Shown here in pieces: positions 55,399 to 64,000 of a DNA stretch of 64,000 bases. Position numbers and translations under genes: made by a program. Each line of letters begins with the position of its first letter. Position 1 is the first letter of the stretch. Origin of the DNA: an uncultured Actinomycetes bacterium (GTDB lineage: Bacteria; Actinomycetota; Thermoleophilia; Gaiellales; Gaiellaceae); contig CAWBFX010000008.1 of NCBI GenBank assembly GCA_963788215.1, positions 30,404 to 94,403 on the forward strand. Reading direction: 5' to 3'. The notes under the pieces are model-generated. The model searched no databases. It was not told where the DNA came from and saw only the letters and a list, made by a program, of their open reading frames with translations.

Positions 55399-56465
55399 GC
55401 GGCCACCGCGCGCTCCAGAACCTCGCGCCAGCGCAGTCCGAGCACGGCCTCGCTCGCCTGCGCCTCGTAGGCGGCTCGGCCGCCCTCGCTCAGCCGCCGG
55501 CGCAGATCGGCGTCCCCGGCGAGGCGGCGCAGGGCCGCAGCGAGTGCCTCTGGGTCTCCCGGCGGGACCAGCAACGCGCTCACCTCGTCGACGAGCAGCT
55601 CGCGCGCGGCCGGCGTGTCTGCGGTGACGAGGGGCGTGCCGCAGGCGAGCGCCTGGAACGCCTTGTTCGGGATGACGCGTTGCGCCTTGGCGGAGGTGCC
55701 GAAGATTCCGAGCGCGCAGCCGGCGCCGTGCAGCTCGTCCGGAAGGCGTTCGTAGTCGACCCAGCGCACCCACTCGACGTTCGGCGGCCGGTCGGCCAGC
55801 GCCTCCTCGAGCTGTCCGCTTCCGACGAGGCGCAGAGGGACTTCGGGTGCCGCCCGGGCCGCGGCGAGGATCGTCTCGAGGCCGTGGAGCGGGATCAGCT
55901 TCCCGACGAAGAGGCACGTGAACGGCTCGCGCGGCGACCAGCCCGGCCGGAAAAGCCGCTCCTCGGCGCCGACGAAGCAGACCTCGACGCGCTCCGGATC
56001 GAGCGCGCCCGCCTCGGCCAGATGGTCTGCGTTCGCTCTCGTGTCTGCGACGACGACGCTTGCCGCGCGAAGCGCCTTCCGGTCGATCGCGCTGAGCGCA
56101 CGCGCCGCCAGCGATCCCGGCTGGAAGCGGCCGCGATCGGCGACGAACGTGTCGGCCAGCGAGACGAGCGGGTTGAACACGACCGGCCGCTTGTCGGCGG
56201 CGCGACGGGCGGCTGGGAGGTCGAAGTGGCCCGGGTAGCCGACGACGAGCACGTCGAACTGCTCCTGCGGGCGGCGCACCAGCCGCAGCTCGGCTGCGGC
56301 CAGTCTCGCGGCGGTCCCGAGGCCTGCACGGAAGCTGTCGCGGCGGCCTTCCCAGACTCCGGCGTGGTGCTCCAGCACCTCGACGCCCGCTCCCCGCAGG
56401 CACGAGATCACCTGCGCGTTCCGTGGGTAGTCGCGCTCGTACGTCCCGAAGTAGAGAGCCCGCAT
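55395..56465 (-). CDS. Glycosyltransferase family 4 (GT-B, group 1)
   Basis: C-terminal PNKAFQALACGTPLVTADTPAARELLVDEVSALLVPPGDPEALA (the EX7E-region pattern). Confidence 0.85.
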   Translation of the reverse strand: MRALYFGTYERDYPRNAQVISCLRGAGVEVLEHHAGVWEGRRDSFRAGLGTAARLAAAELRLVRRPQEQFDVLVVGYPGHFDLPAARRAADKRPVVFNPLVSLADTFVADRGRFQPGSLAARALSAIDRKALRAASVVVADTRANADHLAEAGALDPERVEVCFVGAEERLFRPGWSPREPFTCLFVGKLIPLHGLETILAAARAAPEVPLRLVGSGQLEEALADRPPNVEWVRWVDYERLPDELHGAGCALGIFGTSAKAQRVIPNKAFQALACGTPLVTADTPAARELLVDEVSALLVPPGDPEALAAALRRLAGDADLRRRLSEGGRAAYEAQASEAVLGLRWREVLERAVAA

Positions 56466-56493
56466 CAGCCGTCTCGCCCGCGCGAGGCTATCT

Positions 56494-57429
56494 CTACAGG
56501 ATCTCTTCGACGTGCAGCTCGACCCGCTCTTGCGCGCCTGTTCGCTCTTCGTGCTGGCTCGTGATCAGCTCGCTGATCAGGCCGAGCGAGAAGAACTGGA
56601 GGCCGACGACGACGAGCAGGACGCCGAGGATCAGCAGCGGCCGCTGGCCGATCGCGTGCCCCTCGATCTTGAGCACCGTCAGGTAGCTGAGCACGATGAA
56701 CCCGACGAACCCGAGCGCCATGCCGAGCCCGCCGAAGAGGTGCAGCGGCCGGTAGCGGTACCGGCCGATGAAGGACACGGTCAGCAGGTCGAGGAAGCCG
56801 CGGAGGTACCGCTCGACCCCGTAGCGCGACCGCCCGTGCTCCCGTGGCCGGTGATTGACCGGTAGCTCGGCGATGCGATGGCCGCGATAGTGGGCGAGCA
56901 CCGGAATGAAGCGGTGGAGCTCGCCGTACAGCCTCAGTCCCTTCACGACCTCGGCGCGATACGCCTTCAGCCCGCAGTTGAGATCGTGCAGTCGCAGGCC
57001 GGACACGCGCCCGGTCACCCAGTTGAAGATCTTCGAGGGGATCCGCCGGCTGAGCGGGTCGCGACGGTGGGCCTTCCAGCCGGAGACCAGGTCGAACCCC
57101 TCGTCGAGCTTCGCGAGCAGGCGCGGGATCTCCGCGGGGTCGTCCTGAAGGTCGGCGTCGATCGTGACGACGACGTCGCCCTCGGCGCTCGCGAAACCGG
57201 CGGCGAGCGCGGCGGCCTTTCCGAAGTTGCGGCGGAGGCGGACGACGCGCACGTTCCCGTGGGCGCTGTGCAGCCGCGTCAGCGCGGCGAAGGAGCCGTC
57301 GGTCGAGCCGTCGTCGACGAACACGGCCTCCCAGGGCTGCCCGAGTGGCTCGAGCGCCGACTGGAGCTCGTCGTAGAGAAGCGCGACGGTGCGCTCCTCG
57401 TCGTGGACGGGGACGACAACCGAGATCAC
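56494..57429 (-). CDS. GT2 polyprenol-phosphate glycosyltransferase (Ppm1/GtrB/ArnC-like) with two C-terminal TM segments
   Basis: GTG 57429: VISVVVPVHDEE, FVDDGSTDGS, TIDADLQDDP (DxD), C-terminal TM pair. Confidence 0.88.
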   Translation of the reverse strand: MISVVVPVHDEERTVALLYDELQSALEPLGQPWEAVFVDDGSTDGSFAALTRLHSAHGNVRVVRLRRNFGKAAALAAGFASAEGDVVVTIDADLQDDPAEIPRLLAKLDEGFDLVSGWKAHRRDPLSRRIPSKIFNWVTGRVSGLRLHDLNCGLKAYRAEVVKGLRLYGELHRFIPVLAHYRGHRIAELPVNHRPREHGRSRYGVERYLRGFLDLLTVSFIGRYRYRPLHLFGGLGMALGFVGFIVLSYLTVLKIEGHAIGQRPLLILGVLLVVVGLQFFSLGLISELITSQHEERTGAQERVELHVEEIL

Positions 57430-57487
57430 GCCGCCGGAGCCTATCCGTCCGCGTACGGTATGCGCCTCGGTGGCCGAGTTGGTGACG

Positions 57488-58663
57488 ATGGAGGAGGCCC
57501 AGCGCCTGATCATCGAGCGGGCCCGCCCGCTCCCCGCGGAGACGGTGCGGCTCGAGCAGGCGGCAGGGCGCGTTCTTGCCCAGCCGGCGCGGGCGGCGGT
57601 GGACCTGCCGCCCTTCGCGAGCTCGGCGATGGACGGGTTCGCGCTGCGTGCCGCGGATTCGCCCGGGACGCTCCCCGTGGCGGCCAGGATCGCTGCGGGC
57701 GTTCCCGCGCCGCGCGCGCTCGAGCCGGGCGAGGCGATGGCGATCGCGACGGGCGGCGTGGTGCCCGACGGGGCGGATGCCGTCATCCCCATCGAGTATG
57801 TTGTCGATCATGACAACGAAGTCGAGATTCCCGAGCCCGTTGCTCCCGGTGCCAACGTTCGCCCTCGCGGCGGCGATGTGCGCGCCGGCGAGGTCGTGGT
57901 CGAGGCCGGAACGCGCCTGGACGCAGCCCGGCTCGGGGCGCTCGCGGCGTCCGGGATCGCGGAGGTCGAGTGCTTCGCGCGGCCGCGGGCCGCCGTGGTC
58001 GCGACGGGAACCGAGCTCAGGCCACCCGGCGAGCCGCTTGGGCCCGGCGAGGTCTACGAGGCGAACGGGCTGATCCTCGCCACCCAGCTCGAGTCGGCCG
58101 GAGCCGAGGTCACGCGTGCCCCCGCGGTGGCTGACGACGAGGCTGCGCACCGCGCCGCGCTCGAGCGCGGACTCGAGACCGACGTCCTGGTCACGTCCGG
58201 CGGGGTATCCGTCGGCCCGCACGATCTCGTGCGCCGGATCGAGGCGGAGATGGGCGTCGAGGAGGTCTTCTGGCGCGTTGCCGTCAAGCCGGGGAAGCCG
58301 GTCGCGTTCGGCGTGCGGGGATCGACCCTCGTGTTCGGCCTTCCCGGGAACCCGGTCTCCTCGCTCGTCGCCTTCGAGCTGTTCGTGCGGCCGGCGGTGC
58401 TCGCGCTCCAGGGGGCGGCCGATCCTCTTCCCCGCTTCGAGCCGGGGCGGCTCGCCGCTGCCCTGCGGCGGAACGCGGAGCGAGACGAGCTAGTCCGGGC
58501 TCGCTCGAGGGAAGGCGACGGGGCGGTCGAGCTCGAGCCCCTCTCCGGCCAGGAGTCGCACATGATCGGCAGGGCCGCCGCGGCGGACGCGCTCGTGCTG
58601 GTCCCGCGCGGCCAGGGCGAGCTGCCTGCGGGCTCGGCGGTGCGTTACCTGAGACTGGGCTGA
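57488..58663 (+). CDS. moeA: Molybdopterin molybdenumtransferase
   Basis: DLPPFASSAMDGFALRA, VATGTEL, VLVTSGGVSVGPHD, GLPGNPVSS. Confidence 0.88.
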   Translation: MEEAQRLIIERARPLPAETVRLEQAAGRVLAQPARAAVDLPPFASSAMDGFALRAADSPGTLPVAARIAAGVPAPRALEPGEAMAIATGGVVPDGADAVIPIEYVVDHDNEVEIPEPVAPGANVRPRGGDVRAGEVVVEAGTRLDAARLGALAASGIAEVECFARPRAAVVATGTELRPPGEPLGPGEVYEANGLILATQLESAGAEVTRAPAVADDEAAHRAALERGLETDVLVTSGGVSVGPHDLVRRIEAEMGVEEVFWRVAVKPGKPVAFGVRGSTLVFGLPGNPVSSLVAFELFVRPAVLALQGAADPLPRFEPGRLAAALRRNAERDELVRARSREGDGAVELEPLSGQESHMIGRAAAADALVLVPRGQGELPAGSAVRYLRLG

Positions 58664-58667
58664 CGCT

Positions 58668-59399
58668 TCAGCCGGTGGTCGACGCGAGCGGCGCGGCGGC
58701 GAGCTGCGTCGCCGGCGGGTGGAGCCACCGCCCGCCGCGCGGCTCGACGCGGGCCAGCCGCGCGTAGACGAGGTACCTGTGCGTCGCGAAGAACCGCGGG
58801 TGGCACGCCTGCAGCACGACCACTTCCCGGCCGTGCGAGTGCAGGACGGCCAGGTCGTCGGCCTTGACGATCCGCTTCTGGAAGATCCGGTAGCGGAACG
58901 TCCCGTACGGCACCTCGAGGGTGATCGCGTCGCCCACCCGCAGCTTCTCGATGTGCGCGAAGGGCGCGAGATAGGTCGTCCGGTGGCCGGCGATGTAGAT
59001 CAGCTGGCCCTCGCCGGGCATGTACGTGCGCAGGTCGCGGCCCGGGCCCTTCTTCAGCGTCGCATCGTCGGTTCCGTTGACGAGGATCATGTTCACGCCG
59101 ATGCGCGGGACGCGGATGCGCCCGATTGCCTCGCCGCGCTTCGACGCGAGGCGATAGCGACGACCCTCCTGCGCGACGGCCCGCATGGTGGAGTCGACTG
59201 ACGCGTCGGAGGTGCGAGCCGGACGGTACGCGTCGAAGCGCTTCTCGTACGAGTGGGAGAGCCGGCCCTGCTGCCAGTGCGTGTAGAGCGCGGTGAACGG
59301 GTCCTGCCACCGCCAGACGACCACGACCCAGACGAGGACGAAGGCGCCCGCGACGAGGAGCACCGTCCCGCCGATCCGGAGCGACCGTTGCATGCTCAT
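58668..59399 (-). CDS. Class E-like sortase
   Basis: N-terminal TM. IYIAGHRTTY (catalytic His), VLQACHP (TLxTC-type Cys), catalytic Arg region. ATG 59399 overlaps the upstream stop as ATGA. Confidence 0.85.
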   Translation of the reverse strand: MSMQRSLRIGGTVLLVAGAFVLVWVVVVWRWQDPFTALYTHWQQGRLSHSYEKRFDAYRPARTSDASVDSTMRAVAQEGRRYRLASKRGEAIGRIRVPRIGVNMILVNGTDDATLKKGPGRDLRTYMPGEGQLIYIAGHRTTYLAPFAHIEKLRVGDAITLEVPYGTFRYRIFQKRIVKADDLAVLHSHGREVVVLQACHPRFFATHRYLVYARLARVEPRGGRWLHPPATQLAAAPLASTTG

Positions 59400-61312
59400 C
59401 CTTCCAGCGCCTTCGATTCCTCCTGTACGGGGCGTCTCCTCGCCCGCACTCCGAGAACCACCCGTCTGACTGTTTCCCGGATCGGGCCTCGCGCAGGCCG
59501 CTCGGACGCGCTCGGGTACGGCGCGTACCGGCCGGCTGCGAGAGCGGCGACCTGTCCTGCGGCGGCGAGCCAGGCGACGGCGATCACCACCGCGGAGAGG
59601 CGCACGTAGCCGCTTGCCGTCAGCTCGGCGAGGTACCACGGCGCGTCGAGCCCGAGCCCGAAGCGCACCGCGAGCGAGCCGAGCAGCAGCAAGGGGCCGA
59701 GCAGGCCCGCCGCGAACAACGCGAGTCGCGCCGAGATGGGCCGGTTGCGCACGTTCGGTAGCCAGAGCCACGCGTGCAAGGACGGAAGCAGGAAGACGAG
59801 CGCGAACGGATTCGTCGCGACGACGAGGAGCGCGACGACTGCGAGCGCGAGGAGCGCGGCAGTCGTGCCGGCAAGCTCCTCCGAGGAGCCGATCGGCCTG
59901 CGCGGCGTGAGGCTCGTCCGCGTCACGACCCAGCCGATGAGGCTGAGCACCGCGAAACCGGCAAGCGCCAGGACGGGCCAGCTCGTCGCGGGCGGCGTGT
60001 CGGGCGGCAGGGGTACCGAGGGAGCCGACGGCCAGGCGCCGGTCAGCGCGAAGAGCTCGAAGATCGCGGCCGTCCAGAGCCAGAAGCCGAGGCGGCTGCG
60101 GTAGCTGCGGAACGCGGACGCGACGCCGATGTGCCGTCGGCGGCAGCGGGCAAAGAGGTCGACCGCAGCCACCAGGAACGGGGCGAGCGCCGCGATCAGC
60201 ACGAGCTCGATCGCCCAGCCGGGCAGGATCCTGGGCCCGAAGTAGACGTAGCTTGCGGTCCCCGGCGCGAGCTCGACTCCGGAGTCGAGCCACCGCAGGA
60301 GCTGCTGCGCCGCGCCTCCGAGCTCCCCGAGGCGGATCGCATCGAGCCGGTTCGGTCGGTCGGTGAACGCCGCCGGGGGCCGCTCGCCGCCGCTCGTGAG
60401 CGTGAGCGCGGGCATCCCGTGGGCAAGGAGCGGTCCCTGAGCGTGCAAGGTGTAGGGAAAGGCGAGATCGAGGAGCTGGGCGAAGCCGGTCGGCCGCCGG
60501 GGCCGCGAGCCTGTCTGCTGCAGGACGAGCCGAGACGCGGTCTCGACCAGTCCCGGTGAGGCGAGGCGGGGCTGCGATCCCGCGAGGACGAGTCGCGCGC
60601 GGCCCGGGTCGGCGAGGGAGTCGAGGTCGATCGCCGCCAGGACGTGGCCGTGATGGGTCTGCGCGAAGCGCCGGGCGCCGAGGGCTCCGAACGCGCCGCC
60701 GTCGGTCGCGACGAAGACGAGGGTGTGCAGCGGGCTGAGCGCGCGGGCCCCGGGCGCGTCGACGGGCGTCCCGTACGAGCGCGCAAGCTGGATGAGCGCC
60801 GCGATCCCGGACCCGTTGTCGTTCGCGCCGGGCCCGCGGCCGCTGTCGTCGCGGTGCGCCATCAGGACGATCTCGTCGGGGAGCTTCCCGGGGATGGTCA
60901 CGAGCTGGTTGACGAGCGGCTGGCGGCCGTGCCCGGGCAGGAGCGCGCGGAAGCGGTCGTCGGAGACCTTCAGCCCGTACGGCGCGAGCTGCTGCGCGTA
61001 CCAGGTAGCGGCTCCCGCGGCACCGGCCGTCCCAGGCACGCGGTCCGGGTACGTCGCCGCCAGCTGCGACGCCAGCTCTACCGCACCGCTGCGGTCGAAA
61101 GCGGCCGGCAGCGCCGGAGAAGGCGCAGGCAGCGGCTCGGCCTTCCGGACGCTGAAGGCGGCGAGGAGGAGCGGGATTCCGACGAGCAGCCACGTCCCGC
61201 GGTAGAGACGCCCGCTGACGGGGCGCTCGAGCGAGCCGAGCCGCGGCCGGCGCCGGGCAGGTCGGGGCGGGAGGGCCGCCATACCCTGGCTATAGTAGGT
61301 ACGCGGTCTCAC
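59396..61312 (-). CDS. M28-family Zn-aminopeptidase domain fused to a C-terminal polytopic membrane domain
   Basis: LMAHRDDSGRGPGANDNGSGIAALI (M28 metal ligands), then at least 7 predicted TM helices. The start may be the inner ATG at 61282. Confidence 0.8.
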   Translation of the reverse strand: MRPRTYYSQGMAALPPRPARRRPRLGSLERPVSGRLYRGTWLLVGIPLLLAAFSVRKAEPLPAPSPALPAAFDRSGAVELASQLAATYPDRVPGTAGAAGAATWYAQQLAPYGLKVSDDRFRALLPGHGRQPLVNQLVTIPGKLPDEIVLMAHRDDSGRGPGANDNGSGIAALIQLARSYGTPVDAPGARALSPLHTLVFVATDGGAFGALGARRFAQTHHGHVLAAIDLDSLADPGRARLVLAGSQPRLASPGLVETASRLVLQQTGSRPRRPTGFAQLLDLAFPYTLHAQGPLLAHGMPALTLTSGGERPPAAFTDRPNRLDAIRLGELGGAAQQLLRWLDSGVELAPGTASYVYFGPRILPGWAIELVLIAALAPFLVAAVDLFARCRRRHIGVASAFRSYRSRLGFWLWTAAIFELFALTGAWPSAPSVPLPPDTPPATSWPVLALAGFAVLSLIGWVVTRTSLTPRRPIGSSEELAGTTAALLALAVVALLVVATNPFALVFLLPSLHAWLWLPNVRNRPISARLALFAAGLLGPLLLLGSLAVRFGLGLDAPWYLAELTASGYVRLSAVVIAVAWLAAAGQVAALAAGRYAPYPSASERPARGPIRETVRRVVLGVRARRRPVQEESKALEG

Positions 61313-61326
61313 AGCGCCGGCAGGCC

Positions 61327-62028
61327 TTGCCGATGCCCGATTCCTCCACGATTCTGCTGGTCGACGACGAGGACGCTGTCCAGAAGCTCCTCGCCTATCC
61401 GCTCGAGCGGGACGGCTTCCGCGTGATCCAGGCGCGCGACGGCGAAGAGGCGCTCGAGCGGTTCGAGCGCGAGCACGTCGATCTCGTCGTCCTCGACCTG
61501 ATGCTCCCGAAGCTCGACGGGCTCGAGGTCTGCAAGCGCCTGCGTGCGGGCAGCGCCGTGCCGATCATCATGCTCACGGCCCGCGACGACGAGCTCGACA
61601 AGGTGCTCGGCCTCGAGCTCGGCGCGGACGACTACATCACGAAGCCGTTCTCGATCCGCGAGTTCCGCAGCCGCGTGCGAGCGCTTCTTCGGCGCGCAGC
61701 GACCGCGCGGCCCGATGACCCGCAGGAGGAGATCGAGGCGAACGGCCTTCGGATCGACCTCGCGCGCCGGGAGGTCATCGTTCACGACCGGGCCGTGCAG
61801 CTGACCTACGTCGAGTTCGAGCTCCTGCGCACGCTCGCCTCGCACGCGGGTCGCGTCTACACCCGCGAGCAGCTGCTGCAGGCGCTCTGGGGCGGCTCCG
61901 AGTACCGCGAGCCGCGAACGATCGACGTCCACGTGCGGCATCTGCGCGAGAAGCTCGAGCGCGACCCGCACGAGCCCGAGTTCATTCTCACCGTGCGCGG
62001 CGTCGGGTACCGCTTCCGCAGTAGATGA
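61327..62028 (+). CDS. OmpR/PhoB-family response regulator
   Basis: ILLVDDE, DLVVLDLMLPKLDG (phospho-Asp), winged-helix LTYVEFELL...TVRGVGYRF. Confidence 0.92.
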   Translation: MPMPDSSTILLVDDEDAVQKLLAYPLERDGFRVIQARDGEEALERFEREHVDLVVLDLMLPKLDGLEVCKRLRAGSAVPIIMLTARDDELDKVLGLELGADDYITKPFSIREFRSRVRALLRRAATARPDDPQEEIEANGLRIDLARREVIVHDRAVQLTYVEFELLRTLASHAGRVYTREQLLQALWGGSEYREPRTIDVHVRHLREKLERDPHEPEFILTVRGVGYRFRSR

Positions 62029-63455
62029 GCCGTTTCTTCCGCAGCGTCGGCGCGCGCCTCAGCCTGGCCTTGCTCCTCGTCGTCGCCGCCGCGCTGGGAA
62101 TCGTCTACCTGGCGGTCGTCCCCTCGTTGCAGTCGCGCCTGGAGAACACGCGTGTCCAGCAGCTCGCGGCAGCCGCGCAGCACCTCGTCCCCGAGGCGTC
62201 GGACGCCCTCTTGCCGCAGGACTTCGTCGACACCGCCGCGCACGACGTGGGCGCGCGCGTAATGGTCTTCCAGACGACGAACGCCGTGCCCGGCGGCTCC
62301 AGCGTGGGCAGCCCGATCGCCGACTCGAGCGGCGGTCAGCCGTCTCACACAGAGCCCACGGACGACCCGATCGCGATGCGCGCCCTCCGAAGCGGACAGG
62401 TCGAGCAGGGCTTCGTGAAGCAGGACCACGTTCACTACGCCGAGGCTGCGATCCCCTACGACGGCGGCGCACACGTGTTGCTCCTCCGGGACTCGCTCGA
62501 GAACCAGTTGGGCAGCGTTCGCCTCGTGCAGCGCCGGGTGCTCTTCTCGGCCGGCGCCGCGCTGCTGATCGCGCTGCTGCTCGGCTACGGCGGCGCCTGG
62601 ATGTTCGCGCGGCGGATTCGTCGGCTCGAACGCGCCGCGGACAGGATCGCTGCCGGCCAGTTCGACGAGCCCGTGCACGACGGCGGCCGCGACGAGCTCG
62701 GCGACCTCGCCGCCGCCTTCGACCGCATGCGCACCAGGCTCGCGCAACTCGACGACGCCCGGCGCGAGTTCGTCGCCAACGCGTCGCACGAGCTGCGGAC
62801 GCCGTTGTTCTCGCTGTCCGGCTTCCTGGAGCTGCTCGACGACGAGGAGCTCGACGAGCCGACCCGCCGCGAGTTCCTCGAGTCGATGCGAGACCAGGTG
62901 GACCGTCTGACCAAGCTCGCCTCCGACCTGCTCGACCTCACCCGTCTCGACGCTGGGCGCCTGCGCGTCGAGCGTGAGCCCGTCGACCTGAGCGCACTCG
63001 GCCGTGACCTCGTCGAGGAGTTCGGGCCCGCGGCGGCGGCTTCGCAGCACGATCTGGAGCACGAAGGCGAGGGCACGAGCGCGCTCGCCGACGAGCTTCG
63101 CGTGCTTCAGATCGGCCGGATTCTGGTCGAGAACGCGATCCGGCACACGCCGCCGGGCACGCCGGTACGCGTCAGGACACTCGCCCGTGGCGGAAACGCA
63201 GTGCTCGAGGTCGAGGACGCAGGCGGAGGTATCCCGGCAGAGCGCCGGGAGCAGCTGTTCGAGCGCTTCTTCCGCCTGGACGGCACCCGCGCGTCAGGCA
63301 GCGGTCTCGGCCTCGCGATCGCGCGCCAGCTCGCCGAGCTGATGGACGGCTCCGTCACCGTAGAATCGGCGCCGGGCCGAACCATCTTCACGCTTCAGCT
63401 CCCCCTTTCGACTCAAGCCGAACGCCACGAGGAACCGCTCGCGGTCGCTGACTGA
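62025..63455 (+). CDS. Sensor histidine kinase (TM-sensor-TM-HAMP-HisKA-HATPase)
   Basis: FVANASHELRTPL (H-box), NAIRHTP (N-box), DAGGGIP (G1), GSGLGLAI (G2). Confidence 0.9.
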   Translation: MSRFFRSVGARLSLALLLVVAAALGIVYLAVVPSLQSRLENTRVQQLAAAAQHLVPEASDALLPQDFVDTAAHDVGARVMVFQTTNAVPGGSSVGSPIADSSGGQPSHTEPTDDPIAMRALRSGQVEQGFVKQDHVHYAEAAIPYDGGAHVLLLRDSLENQLGSVRLVQRRVLFSAGAALLIALLLGYGGAWMFARRIRRLERAADRIAAGQFDEPVHDGGRDELGDLAAAFDRMRTRLAQLDDARREFVANASHELRTPLFSLSGFLELLDDEELDEPTRREFLESMRDQVDRLTKLASDLLDLTRLDAGRLRVEREPVDLSALGRDLVEEFGPAAAASQHDLEHEGEGTSALADELRVLQIGRILVENAIRHTPPGTPVRVRTLARGGNAVLEVEDAGGGIPAERREQLFERFFRLDGTRASGSGLGLAIARQLAELMDGSVTVESAPGRTIFTLQLPLSTQAERHEEPLAVAD

Positions 63456-63494
63456 GCTTTTTGACGTGAAAACGCCCGCTACAGTGCGTGAGCG

Positions 63495-64000
63495 ATGCGG
63501 ACGACAGTTTTCGCGCTTATCTGTGCCGTCATAGGAGGTCTCGCCGCGCTCGGGATCGGCAAGGCCACCGGCTGGGTCGGGTCCGGCTCGACGACGACCG
63601 TCTTCCGCGCGTCTCCGATCCCGCTCGCGGGCGCCCAGCCCGCGGCCGTCGGGCCTTCCGCGAAGCCGCTTGCGGGCAACGGCTTCGACCCCCGCCGCAT
63701 CTACGCCAGCCGGTCGCACGGCGTCGTCACGATCTACGCCCAGTACGGAACCGGCGCTTCCGCCGAAGTCGCCCAGGGCTCGGGCTTCGTCGTCTCGAAG
63801 GACGGCTACATCCTCACGAACTCGCACGTGGTCACGAATGCGGGCGAGGGCGGGGCGGTGCACGGCGCCGACCGCGTCTACGTCGAGTACCAGGACCTCG
63901 ACCGCGTGCCCGCCAGGGTCGTCGGGTGGGACGTCTTCGACGACGTCGCGCTGATCAAGGTCGATCCGCAGGACCACAGCCTCGCGCCGGTGCCGCTCGG
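63495..64000 (+). CDS. HtrA/DegP-like S1C serine protease (5' part; runs off the window)
   Basis: Hand translation from the ATG: MRTTVFALICAVIGGLAALG (anchor)...GSGFVVSKDGYILTNSHVV (catalytic His)...DVALIKV (catalytic Asp). Absent from the ORF track because it has no stop in the window. Confidence 0.8.
   Translation, partial: MRTTVFALICAVIGGLAALGIGKATGWVGSGSTTTVFRASPIPLAGAQPAAVGPSAKPLAGNGFDPRRIYASRSHGVVTIYAQYGTGASAEVAQGSGFVVSKDGYILTNSHVVTNAGEGGAVHGADRVYVEYQDLDRVPARVVGWDVFDDVALIKVDPQDHSLAPVPL

Noticed and set aside
52870-55470. 866-aa plus-strand ORF spanning the GT87-like and DUF2079 genes
   Set aside because: The translation is R/G/A-rich with no TM helices or motifs. The alternative frames give coherent membrane proteins.

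Overview
High-GC (roughly 70%) chromosomal window that looks Actinomycetota-like; that lineage call is inference from gene content and synteny, with no database search. It holds the replication-origin core. On the minus strand: gyrA, gyrB, DUF721, recF, dnaN, dnaA. Diverging on the plus strand: rpmH, rnpA, yidD, yidC, jag, rsmG, parA, parB. DnaA-box clusters sit in the dnaA-rpmH and dnaA-dnaN spacers. Left of the origin: Ku/LigD (NHEJ), accA/accD, an arginase-fold protein, tandem GNATs, a fabZ-fabH-fabD-fabG-fabF operon, birA, a cell-wall amidase, NfeD/SPFH and a GalT-like gene. Right of parB: a small lower-GC islet, then a roughly 7.5 kb, 15-gene gas-vesicle (gvp) locus on the minus strand. 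After that come an EEP nuclease, a lone tRNA-Ile, cell-envelope genes (L,D-transpeptidase, PBP1A, GT-C/GT87/GT4/GT2 glycosyltransferases, sortase E, an M28 peptidase fusion) and a response regulator/histidine kinase/HtrA module. The most unusual items are listed here. (1) The gvp locus has non-canonical accessory genes, and a basic-flanked poly-Ala segment recurs in six of its proteins. (2) gyrA carries a 414-aa LAGLIDADG intein directly after the catalytic Tyr. (3) gyrB has a roughly 160-aa insertion. (4) A GNAT gene, jag and gvpF each show a single-nucleotide frame disruption, which could be real pseudogenes or assembly indels. No rRNA, CRISPR array or transposase was seen. All product calls rest on motifs I recognise in the translations. 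Start codons are often GTG, TTG or CTG and are less certain than stops. Hand-indexed non-coding coordinates may be off by 1-2 nt.
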